Source: Ferruginibacter sp.
GTDB taxonomy: Bacteria > Bacteroidota > Bacteroidia > Chitinophagales > Chitinophagaceae
Assembly: GCA_031416275.1 (NCBI GenBank)
Contig: JANOTH010000119.1
Span: forward strand, 7,676 to 71,675
Direction: 5' to 3'
DNA: 64,000 bases
Numbering within the stretch: the stretch's first letter is position 1; every line of letters starts with the position of its first letter. The notes under the pieces are model-generated. The model ran no database searches, was not told the origin of the DNA, and saw only the letters and a list, made by a program, of their open reading frames with translations. Position numbers and translations under genes: made by a program. Shown here piece after piece: positions 36,555 through 45,262 of the stretch.

Positions 36555-36908
36555 ATGATAAATACCAACTATTTAACTACCCTTAGTTCTGTAATGGAGC
36601 GCTTGCGTTTAAAAAAACAGGATAAAGAATTTATAATGAGCAAAACAGGTTTTGGAACAGAGGCAAAAACCTATTTACCAAGTGAATTAGTTATCATAAA
36701 AACCTACAGGTTTGAAGGTAATTCAGATCCTTCAGACAGTTCAATTTTATACCTTATAGAAGCAAATGATGGAAGTATTGGGTATACGATTGATGCCTAC
36801 GGCGTTTATAGCAACCATGAAGGAGAAGGGTATGATGATTTTATAAGAAAAATACCTGTGATGGAAAGAACAGAACAACAAATATTTGGAGAGGATAAAA
36901 CATCATAA
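36555..36908 (+). CDS. Conserved small hypothetical protein (YRFEGxSDPxD motif)
   Basis: 117 aa; YRFEGNSDPSDSSILYLIE..DG..G...DAYGVY. Confidence 0.8.
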   Translation: MINTNYLTTLSSVMERLRLKKQDKEFIMSKTGFGTEAKTYLPSELVIIKTYRFEGNSDPSDSSILYLIEANDGSIGYTIDAYGVYSNHEGEGYDDFIRKIPVMERTEQQIFGEDKTS

Positions 36909-36927
36909 AATAGTTCAAGCACATATT

Positions 36928-36956
36928 AAAGCCTCACAAATTTTGTGGGGCTTTTT
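36928..36956 (+). terminator. Intrinsic terminator
   Basis: AAAGCCTCACAAA/TTTTGTGGGGCTTTTT hairpin with T-tract. Confidence 0.75.
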
Positions 36957-37074
36957 GTTGTGACAAAATTTTTTATTGATCATTTACACGAATGTTTTTG
37001 GAATATGTTTTTAATAACATCACTACCATTTTTAATTACTGATTTCTATAATTGAAAAAATATTTTCTAAAAAA

Positions 37075-37102
37075 AAGCGGAAGTTTTTAAAAACTTCCGC
37101 TT
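37075..37102. repeat. Perfect 28-bp palindrome (terminator for the peptidase and/or REP-like)
   Basis: AAGCGGAAGTTTTTAAAAACTTCCGCTT equals its own reverse complement; preceded by an A-run. Confidence 0.7.
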
Positions 37103-37165
37103 GGTAAAGACTTCAAATTTGATACTAATGCTCTTCCAACAAATCTCTCAATAGATCTACTACTT

Positions 37166-37196
37166 TTCCCTCCCTCTTGGGGAGGATAGGAGGGGC
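37166..37196. repeat. GC-rich REP-like hairpin element
   Basis: TTCCCTCCCTCTTGGGGAGGATAGGAGGGGC: CCTCCC/GGGAGG stem plus a G-rich tail, just after the peptidase stop. Confidence 0.5.
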
Positions 37197-37198
37197 AT

Positions 37199-39361
37199 TT
37201 ACCTCACCAGCTTCAATTCGTCTATAATATTTTTAGCTCCACCTAATTTATCTACACACCACAATACATACCGGACATCTACACAAATAGTACGGTTAAG
37301 GTCTTTATCAAAAGCAATTTTATGGCTTAGCGCTTCGTAGTTTCCGTCAAAAGCAAGCCCTATTAAATTACCATTGCCATCAATAATTGGTGAACCCGAG
37401 TTACCGCCGGTTATGTCGTTGGTTGTTATAAAACCTACTACTAAGTCGTTTCTGCTTTTATCAATGTATTGCCCAAAGTCTCTTTTCTTTAATAATTCAA
37501 CCTGTTTTGTTGGAAGATCAAACTCGTAATCGCCGGCAACATATTTTTCCAATAGACCCTTGCTTGTTGTTACAAAATCATACTTTACAGCATCTCTAGG
37601 TGCATAGCTTTTTACGTTACCGTAACTCACCCGCATACTAAAGTTTGCATCGGGGTACATCTTAGCAGCAGCTACGGGGTCTTTCTCCATAATGCCTTTT
37701 AAATATGCACGCCCAAGCTCATTGTTTTTATTTACAAACACGGTGTATAAAGATGCATATTTACCATTGTAACTTTTTACAAACGATGTAGCATAGTCAA
37801 ATGCAGGGTCAGCTTGCAGCGTTACAGCGTCAGGGTTTGCAACAAATGCAGCCCATTTTGTGTCGTCTAAAATCATGGTGCTTGCAAACAAATTAGCAGC
37901 CCATTTTTTAAATGTTGCCTCATCGTTCAGCGCACCATAAGTTGCCTTAATTTTTTCGTAAAAACCAATGGGGTGCTGGTTTTTATCTACATCATTGTAA
38001 AAGGCCATTGCTGTTGCTGCTACAATTTTTTCATCACTCGCTCTGTCTGCGCTTTCTAAAAAGGCTTTGCGACTTGCACTTGCTGCAGTTAAAGCTTTTG
38101 TAACATCACTCCCCGTCATGCCTGTTTTTACAAGAGCAGTTTCTACAGTTTGTAGCGACGATGCATAGGTAGCAAGAGAGGAGCCCAAAATACCTTCAAT
38201 TAAATAGGCACGTTGTTTTGCATAAGGTGTCCATGCCGCATAGTTTGCCGCATAGTCATTCATAATACCTGCATACTCAGGTTTAGCTGCAGCCCATGTG
38301 CTAAAGTTAGTTTCGTAAGCCTGCTTTTGTTCGTATGTTTTAAACTTCACTAACTGTTTAGTTTCACCATCAAAAAACTTCCAGTAGTTTGCCACACCTG
38401 CATAATTGCTCGCAAGTTTTAATTTTACTGCAGGGTCTTTTATCATTTGCTCGTGCATGTACTTTAAACGTGTATCACGCAAACCAACCAAAGATGGGTT
38501 TTCAATGTCATTTTTTAACTTAATGCCATAGCTCGTTTCATAACGGTTGGTGCCGCCTGGGTAGCCATATATCATCGCATAGTCACCATCTTTTATTCCT
38601 TTAATGCTTACCGGTAAAAATGCTTTTGGTTTTAACGGAATGTTCTCGCTGCTAAAATCTGCAGGCTTACCATCTTTGCTACCATACACACGAAAAATAG
38701 AGAAATCACCCGTATGGCGTGGCCACTCCCAGTTATCTGTATCGCCGCCAAACTTACCTACACTCTCTGGTGGTGCACCCACCAACCGAACATCTCTATA
38801 CGTTTTGTAGGTGTACATGAGGTACTGGTTTCCTTTAAACATACTGTATATTCTACCTGTAATACCATTGTCTTTATCTATTGCCTTATCAGTAATAGCT
38901 TTGTAAACATCGGGTGTTTTTTTTGTGCGGTCTGCCCAGTTTAAACCCTTTAACCCATCCTCTACTTCTTTGGTTACATCTATAATTTTATCTAAAAACT
39001 GCACTGTCAATTTGCTCTGTATTTCCTGCCCCATGTTGTAGGCATAAAAGCCATCTCGTAGGTAATTATTTTGCACAGAGCTTGCACTTGCAATAGCGTC
39101 GTAACCACAATGGTGGTTGGTAAATATTAGCCCCTTGCTACTTACAACTTCGCCCGTACAGCCGCCACCAAAAATGAGAATGGCATCCTTTAACGATGAT
39201 TTGTTTACGGAGTATAACTGCTCTTTAGTAAGTTTTAGTCCGCGCTTCACCATATCATTGTAAACCTGTTGCCCCAGTAACATTGGCAGCCACATACCTT
39301 CATCGGCACGGGCCTGTAGCAAGCTCGAAATAAGTACAAGCGAAAAGAATATTTTTTTCAT
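37199..39361 (-). CDS. S46 family dipeptidyl peptidase (DPP7-type)
   Basis: Signal peptide then ADEGMWLP; TNHHCGY (His); HTGDFS (Asp); ITGGNSGSP (Ser); AFDGN (Gly at the S1 position, as in DPP7 rather than DPP11). Confidence 0.94.
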   Translation of the reverse strand: MKKIFFSLVLISSLLQARADEGMWLPMLLGQQVYNDMVKRGLKLTKEQLYSVNKSSLKDAILIFGGGCTGEVVSSKGLIFTNHHCGYDAIASASSVQNNYLRDGFYAYNMGQEIQSKLTVQFLDKIIDVTKEVEDGLKGLNWADRTKKTPDVYKAITDKAIDKDNGITGRIYSMFKGNQYLMYTYKTYRDVRLVGAPPESVGKFGGDTDNWEWPRHTGDFSIFRVYGSKDGKPADFSSENIPLKPKAFLPVSIKGIKDGDYAMIYGYPGGTNRYETSYGIKLKNDIENPSLVGLRDTRLKYMHEQMIKDPAVKLKLASNYAGVANYWKFFDGETKQLVKFKTYEQKQAYETNFSTWAAAKPEYAGIMNDYAANYAAWTPYAKQRAYLIEGILGSSLATYASSLQTVETALVKTGMTGSDVTKALTAASASRKAFLESADRASDEKIVAATAMAFYNDVDKNQHPIGFYEKIKATYGALNDEATFKKWAANLFASTMILDDTKWAAFVANPDAVTLQADPAFDYATSFVKSYNGKYASLYTVFVNKNNELGRAYLKGIMEKDPVAAAKMYPDANFSMRVSYGNVKSYAPRDAVKYDFVTTSKGLLEKYVAGDYEFDLPTKQVELLKKRDFGQYIDKSRNDLVVGFITTNDITGGNSGSPIIDGNGNLIGLAFDGNYEALSHKIAFDKDLNRTICVDVRYVLWCVDKLGGAKNIIDELKLVR

Positions 39362-39383
39362 AATTAGGTTGATTATTGTCTAG

Positions 39384-39391
39384 CGAAAGTA
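39384..39391 (-). promoter_or_regulatory. Bacteroidota housekeeping -7 element for the peptidase
   Basis: Minus strand TACTTTCG (near TAnnTTTG), 22 nt upstream of the ATG. Confidence 0.45.
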
Positions 39392-39692
39392 GTGTTTTTG
39401 CATGGATTGCTACATTAGTATAAAGGTTGTTTAAAACTTGATCTTCTAGGGTAAAGTTTGCTTCTTACATCAACAGCACTAACTGAAATTTTTAGGTATC
39501 TGTGGAAAATAACGTTTACAAATGTTGTGTGTTTACCCCAAAATCATCCGCATTAAATAGTACCGCAAATAATTGATAAACTTTTTGCTTTCAAATGAAT
39601 CCAACGTAACAGTTTATAAATCAGTTTAAAAAATAAATTTCGAGCAAATCTTTATTTCATTTTAAAAGGGTTGCAAACATTAACTTGTTTTT

Positions 39693-39708
39693 AGGCGTAA
39701 AACTTGTT
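39693..39708 (+). promoter_or_regulatory. Putative sigma54 promoter of the PAS kinase
   Basis: AGGCGTA-AAAC-TTGTT, 90 nt upstream of ATG 39799. Confidence 0.4.
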
Positions 39709-39798
39709 CGGTTGATTTCCAATTTTCTGGTGTAGGTTATTTTTTGCTCTACTACAGGGTTTAGACTTTCGGCAGATAATAAATGTAAATTTTACTAA

Positions 39799-42597
39799 AT
39801 GAGCGAACAGAACAATAATTTATATTTTCTAAATGGCGGCGGTAGCATGGGCCAACTAACAAGAGAGAAAAATTGGACAACCACACTCTTGGGTGATCCT
39901 GCAACATGGCCGCAAAGTTTGCGCACCATGGTGAGCGTAATGCTGGAAAATCCTTTTGGTATGTACATGGCATGGGGCAAAGACCACATACAATTATACA
40001 ACGATGCATACCGACCCATACTAGGCTCAACAAAACATCCACATGCGCTAGGTAACAGCGCCAAAGAAACCTTTTCTGAAATATGGCATATTATAGAGCC
40101 TATGTTTAATGGGGTACTTGAAGGGAAACCTGTGGGGTTCCCAGATTTTATGCTCCCCCTTAATAGAAATGGCTTTAAAGAAGAATGCTACTTCGATTTT
40201 TCCTACAGCCCTATAAGGCAGGAAAACGGGGAAGTGGGCGGTATTTTAGTTACAGTAATAGAAACTACCAACAAAAAAAAGGCAGAAACAGCCCTTAGAG
40301 AAAGTGAAATAAAATTTAGAACGCTTGCAGATAACATTCCAAACTTTGCCTGGATGGCAGGGGCTGATGGAGCAATATATTGGTACAACAAAAAATGGTA
40401 CGATTACACCGGCACATCACATGAAGACATGAAAGGTTGGGGTTGGCAATCTGTGCACGACCCAAATGAATTGCCATGTGTTTTAGAAAAATGGAATGCT
40501 TCTATAAAAAATGGAAAACCTTTTGAAATGGTATTTCCTATTAGAGGAGCTGATGGAATTTACAGGTCATTTTTAACAAGGGTATTACCCGTAAAAAATG
40601 AGGATGGAGAAATATACCAGTGGTTTGGGAGCAATACTGATATTACTGAACAGAAAAAGTCAGAAGCCGCTTTAATAGAAAGTGAGCATCGATTTAGAAA
40701 CATGGCTGAAGGTTCAGACATTTTAATTGCTGTTGGAGATGAAACCGGCAACGGTACATATTTTAATAAAACATGGCAATGGTTTACAAACAGACCCATG
40801 GAAGATTTGCTCCAGTTTGGTTGGGCAGATTTAATACATGAAGATGATAGACAAACCTTTTTAAATATTTACTTAAGCGCATTTGCTGACAAAAAACCCT
40901 TTGAAGGAGAATTTAGGGTGTTTAATAAAGACAAAGAATACAGATGGGTTATAGCAAAAGGCACACCTAGGTATAATGCAGATGAAACTTTTGCAGGCTA
41001 TGTAAGTTCCTGTGTAGATGTAACTGAGTTAAAAAAAATGCAGAATGCTTTAAAAACAAGTGAGCAACGTTTTAAAAATCTCATTAGGCAGTCACCCATA
41101 CCTACAGTTATATTAAGGGGCGCTGAGCATAAAATAGAAATGGCCAATATCATTGTAGAAAAAAATTGGGGATATGGAGAAGTAGATTTTTCAAACAAAA
41201 CCATTGAAGATCTTTTTCCGGTATTGCGACAAAGAAAGCACGATGAGTTGCTGGATGAAATTTATAAAACAGGAAAGCCATTTAAAGAATATGAATCAGA
41301 GGTGTATTTTAAAGAGGGCGATGGATTTGTGACCTGTTATTTTGATTTTGAGTATGCGCCGCTTTTTGAAAATGATGGCACTGTTTCGGGTATTATTGCT
41401 ACTATTAATGATGTTACTGCACATGTTGAAGCAAGGCGTAAAATTGAAAAGAGTGAACAGAAGTTTCGCTTGCTGGCAGACGCTATGCCACAGCATATTT
41501 GGACCGCAGATGCCGAAGGAAACCTAAATTATTTTAATAAATCTGTATTCGATTTTTCAGGTTTAACGTTAGAGCAAATTAAAAAAGATGGGTGGATACA
41601 AATAGTACATCCTCATGATAGAGATGCAAATCTTAAAACTTGGATGGAAGCTATAGGTACAGGAAAAAATTTTTTATTTGAGCATCGGTTTCGCAGGCAT
41701 GATGGTGAATATAGGTGGCAACTAAGCAGAGCAATACCACAATTAAATAGCAATGGTAAAATACAAATGTGGGTGGGCACGAGTACCGATATACAAGATC
41801 AAAAAAACTCTGCAGCTGAGTTAGAAATGCAGGTTAATGAGCGTACCAAACAAATAGCTCAAAATAATATTGAGCTGGAAAAAATGAACAAGGAGTTGCA
41901 ATCCTTCGCATATATTTCGAGCCACGATTTGCAGGAGCCGTTAAGAAAAATACAGATTTTTTCTTCTCAAATTTTAAAAGACGAATCAGAGAATTTATCT
42001 GAAGCTGGTAAAAACAAGTTTGTAAGAATGCAAAATTCTGCAAGTAGAATGCAATTGCTCATTGAAGATTTGCTCACATATTCCAGAACAAGTACCACAG
42101 AGCGAAGATTTGAAAAAACAGATGTACATAAAATAATAGCTGAAATAAAAGAGGAATTGCAGGAAGAAATTGTGCAAAAAAATGCAGTTATTACTTCCGA
42201 GGGCCAAGGAATTATTACCATTATCCCTTTTCAATTTAGGCAACTTCTGTATAATCTTATTAGCAATTCATTAAAATTTGCATCTCCACATAAGTCGCCA
42301 CATATAGCAATTGTAATACAATGTAAAAAAGGAAAACTGTTACAAAATGAAAAGCTGCGGTTAGATGAAGATTACTGCCATATAAGCGTATCAGATAACG
42401 GTATTGGTTTTGAGCCTCAATACAGTGAAAGAATATTTGAGGTTTTTCAAAGGCTCCACGGAAAGAAGGAATACAGAGGTACAGGCATTGGGCTTGCAAT
42501 TGTAAAAAAAATTGTTGAGAACCATTCAGGGATAATTACAGCAACTGGCCAAATTGACAAGGGGGCTACATTTGATATTTTTATACCGGTTTTATAG
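39799..42597 (+). CDS. Multi-PAS (about 5) cytoplasmic sensor histidine kinase
   Basis: 932 aa; repeated PAS/PAC units (GWGWQSVHDP, FGWADLIHEDD, GWIQIVHPHD, RRHDGEYRW); H-box SSHDLQEPLRKI; NLISNSLKF; DNGIGF; GTGIGLAIVKKI. Confidence 0.94.
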   Translation: MSEQNNNLYFLNGGGSMGQLTREKNWTTTLLGDPATWPQSLRTMVSVMLENPFGMYMAWGKDHIQLYNDAYRPILGSTKHPHALGNSAKETFSEIWHIIEPMFNGVLEGKPVGFPDFMLPLNRNGFKEECYFDFSYSPIRQENGEVGGILVTVIETTNKKKAETALRESEIKFRTLADNIPNFAWMAGADGAIYWYNKKWYDYTGTSHEDMKGWGWQSVHDPNELPCVLEKWNASIKNGKPFEMVFPIRGADGIYRSFLTRVLPVKNEDGEIYQWFGSNTDITEQKKSEAALIESEHRFRNMAEGSDILIAVGDETGNGTYFNKTWQWFTNRPMEDLLQFGWADLIHEDDRQTFLNIYLSAFADKKPFEGEFRVFNKDKEYRWVIAKGTPRYNADETFAGYVSSCVDVTELKKMQNALKTSEQRFKNLIRQSPIPTVILRGAEHKIEMANIIVEKNWGYGEVDFSNKTIEDLFPVLRQRKHDELLDEIYKTGKPFKEYESEVYFKEGDGFVTCYFDFEYAPLFENDGTVSGIIATINDVTAHVEARRKIEKSEQKFRLLADAMPQHIWTADAEGNLNYFNKSVFDFSGLTLEQIKKDGWIQIVHPHDRDANLKTWMEAIGTGKNFLFEHRFRRHDGEYRWQLSRAIPQLNSNGKIQMWVGTSTDIQDQKNSAAELEMQVNERTKQIAQNNIELEKMNKELQSFAYISSHDLQEPLRKIQIFSSQILKDESENLSEAGKNKFVRMQNSASRMQLLIEDLLTYSRTSTTERRFEKTDVHKIIAEIKEELQEEIVQKNAVITSEGQGIITIIPFQFRQLLYNLISNSLKFASPHKSPHIAIVIQCKKGKLLQNEKLRLDEDYCHISVSDNGIGFEPQYSERIFEVFQRLHGKKEYRGTGIGLAIVKKIVENHSGIITATGQIDKGATFDIFIPVL

Positions 42598-42602
42598 ACC
42601 AC

Positions 42603-42632
42603 AAAAAAAGCGGCTAACATTCAAGTAGCCGC
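42603..42632. terminator. Terminator between convergent genes
   Basis: A-run then GCGGCTA-ACATTCAAG-TAGCCGC; T-tract on the minus strand. Confidence 0.65.
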
Positions 42633-42652
42633 AAATAAATATCAGGCATCTC

Positions 42653-43150
42653 TTAAATTTCAGCAAATTGCCTTTTTCTTTCTGGCTTAAAGTTCATCCT
42701 TTGTAACGTATTTAAGTCAATGGTAATCCCTGCAATTAACTTATCTTCTAAAACATTTGCAAACGTTTCAAAGTACACAATGGCATCCTCTTTTTTATTT
42801 CTTTTCAACCACCTAAAGCCGTCGGGTAGGTTTTCTAAAACCTCTCTATCGCTTAAATATTCAATATGATGAATATCGGTTGGGGTTAAACCAATTTCTT
42901 CAAGTTTATTAAAAATGAGTTTTAACGGTGCGTTCGTTATGGGACAAAATTCTTCAGCTAGTTCTGTCCACTCACCGGTACCTGTATGAGCGTAGGATAC
43001 AATTTCTTCTTTGGTAAATTTGGTAACAGATTGTACAAGGTTACCGCAGTTGCAAGCACCATGATGCCCCCAAGAATGATATGCCCCGTTTTTTAAATTT
43101 GTAGCTGTTAAACGCAATGCATCTATTAATGCTGTAGTTGGATTTGCCAT
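42653..43150 (-). CDS. Conserved-looking hypothetical protein with WGHHGACNCG motif
   Basis: 165 aa, soluble; Cys/His cluster near the N-terminus plus a further Cys and HH. Confidence 0.8.
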   Translation of the reverse strand: MANPTTALIDALRLTATNLKNGAYHSWGHHGACNCGNLVQSVTKFTKEEIVSYAHTGTGEWTELAEEFCPITNAPLKLIFNKLEEIGLTPTDIHHIEYLSDREVLENLPDGFRWLKRNKKEDAIVYFETFANVLEDKLIAGITIDLNTLQRMNFKPERKRQFAEI

Positions 43151-43522
43151 GTAGTAAAATTAATTCTTTACATTAATTTCAAAAAGAAAATACTGTTGAA
43201 ATAAGGAAATTTTAAGATGTGCTGCATAGTCGTTTTTCACTTGAGGATAAAAAAAAACCCCAAAAAAAGAAGGAAATTAAAAATGTTAAATAAATCAGCT
43301 AGCCTCAAAAAATAAAAATTTATCCTACGCTTTTAAAAAGCAATTATTTTCTTTGCTTTATTGAGGTAATAATAATGTGAACAAAAACTTTTTCTCTTCT
43401 GCAGCAGTCAAATCCTAATTCAATTAATTTTTTTTACTATTTAGGGAGTTTGTAAAACCCTAATCACATTAAATGCGTAGTTTAGCATCTCTTAATTAAT
43501 AACCAAATTAATAAAACCAAAA

Positions 43523-44116
43523 ATGAAAAAAACATTCTTATCAGCACTAATGGTAGCTTCTGCTTCCGTTTTAATGCTTGCTTCTTGCAACGACGAAAAA
43601 AAGACAGAAGTTTCAACTGAAACTACTACTACTGACACAACTAAAATGGCTGAAGCTCCTGCAGAAGCTGGTGTTATGGTAGGCGGTGCAAACATGGTAC
43701 CATCTAAAAACATCGTAGAAAACGCAGCAGGATCTGCTGACCATACTACGCTTGTAGCTGCTGTAACCGCAGCAGGTCTTGGCGAAACTTTAAGTGGCGC
43801 TGGTCCTTTCACAGTATTTGCTCCAACTAATGCAGCTTTTGCAGCATTACCAGCAGGTGCGGTTGATGGTTTATTGAAGCCGGAAAGCAAAGCAGCACTT
43901 ACAGGTGTATTGACTTACCACGTAGTATCTGGTGCAGTAAAAGCAGCTGATCTAAAAGACGGTCAAAAAATTAAAACAGTACAAGGTGAAGAATTAACTG
44001 TTGGTGTTAAAGATGGTAAAGTAACTATCAATGGCGCAAACGTAACTATTGCTGATGTTGTATCTAGCAACGGAGTAACACACGTAATTGATGCGGTGTT
44101 AATGCCTAAAAAGTAA
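43523..44116 (+). CDS. Fasciclin (FAS1) domain lipoprotein
   Basis: Lipobox MLASC; FTVFAPTNAAF (H1), VLTYHVV, SNGVTHVIDAVLMP (H2). Confidence 0.95.
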   Translation: MKKTFLSALMVASASVLMLASCNDEKKTEVSTETTTTDTTKMAEAPAEAGVMVGGANMVPSKNIVENAAGSADHTTLVAAVTAAGLGETLSGAGPFTVFAPTNAAFAALPAGAVDGLLKPESKAALTGVLTYHVVSGAVKAADLKDGQKIKTVQGEELTVGVKDGKVTINGANVTIADVVSSNGVTHVIDAVLMPKK

Positions 44117-44142
44117 AATTGTTTGTTTAATTTTAATTTAAG

Positions 44143-44171
44143 AAAAAGTCGCTCATGTTGGGCGACTTTTT
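44143..44171 (+). terminator. Intrinsic terminator after fasciclin
   Basis: AAAAAGTCGCTC-ATGTT-GGGCGACTTTTT. Confidence 0.8.
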
Positions 44172-44425
44172 CTTTTGCATCTCAACAAGGTTTCTGCCCT
44201 TGTTGGACGTAGCATTGATTGAGCCAATCCATTTACTTCCACAGCAATTTCTTATTCCTCATTTTTGAGGTTCCTTTCACTAATCTAATTCAACTCCCAT
44301 TAAATAGTTTAACACGTAAATTTTTACCTAAAAAAATAAAGCAGAGTTAACTGTTTGAAAATTATTCCGAAAAAAGGTAAGTAATTTTTTAAAAAAGACG
44401 GTCCTGGTCTAAGAAATGTGGAACG

Positions 44426-45202
44426 TTATTTTAACACGTTATTCGGCACTCCCATCATCTCCTCTTTTTTTGCACTACCCAAACTGTTGGTTTTCTTAAA
44501 GTGGTAAAATGCATTCAACAAATACTGGTTGAACTCAATCTCGCTGCTGTTTGCAGTAAATTCGTAAGTTGGTTTGTACCACACCAAAAAACTGTCAAGC
44601 GCAGGGCTTTGTAATTGGGTAATACGCCGCACAAAAACTTTATTAAACCTGTAGTTAATGTATTTCTCCTGCTCATCTTCTTCTAGCCTTTTCTGAAAAG
44701 CTTTTAGTCTTTTGTTTCTTTTAAACCGAAATGCATTTATTAATTCATTCGCATCGAGCCCAACACCACCACCGGGCGAAATAGAAGTTTGAATACCCTG
44801 TTTTTTGTATGAAAATATTTCTCCATAATTTTCTCTGTTTTCCGCAGAATCTTGTTTATAACTTTTTGAATAAACCACCACCTCTTTTAAAAGGCTGTAC
44901 CTGCTTTTTACAGAAATATGCAGTGAAATATCGAACTGTGCTGTATTCGGAATTTTGTTTACGGCAAATTTTTGGGTCGGCTTATTGTTATAAATAAAAT
45001 ACAGCGAGTCATCATTGCTTACCTGTATGTTGTATTTGCCTAATGAGTCAGTAACAGCAATTTTGCCGCTTGTACTTAGCACGCCTGCTGCTTCCACAAA
45101 GTTTATTTTGCTGTTATCAAGCACAGTGCCACTCACTAAAATTTGTGCATTAGCCGCTCGGCAAAAAAAACAAACAGTAAATAAAGTAAAAAATATGCGC
45201 AA
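44426..45202 (-). CDS. Secreted hypothetical protein with a carboxypeptidase-regulatory-like N-terminal domain
   Basis: Signal peptide; VSGTVLD...TDSLGKYNI pattern; LKEVVV linker. Confidence 0.75.
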   Translation of the reverse strand: MRIFFTLFTVCFFCRAANAQILVSGTVLDNSKINFVEAAGVLSTSGKIAVTDSLGKYNIQVSNDDSLYFIYNNKPTQKFAVNKIPNTAQFDISLHISVKSRYSLLKEVVVYSKSYKQDSAENRENYGEIFSYKKQGIQTSISPGGGVGLDANELINAFRFKRNKRLKAFQKRLEEDEQEKYINYRFNKVFVRRITQLQSPALDSFLVWYKPTYEFTANSSEIEFNQYLLNAFYHFKKTNSLGSAKKEEMMGVPNNVLK

Positions 45203-45262
45203 GCCTTTTATTTTGATGAGTAATATTACGGTACAAAAGTAAATATGATAAAGGCAGCTATT

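Noticed and set aside
44176-44215. Known riboswitch such as c-di-GMP-I
   Set aside because: The conserved aptamer motifs are not recognisable, and the site is 3' of both flanking genes.
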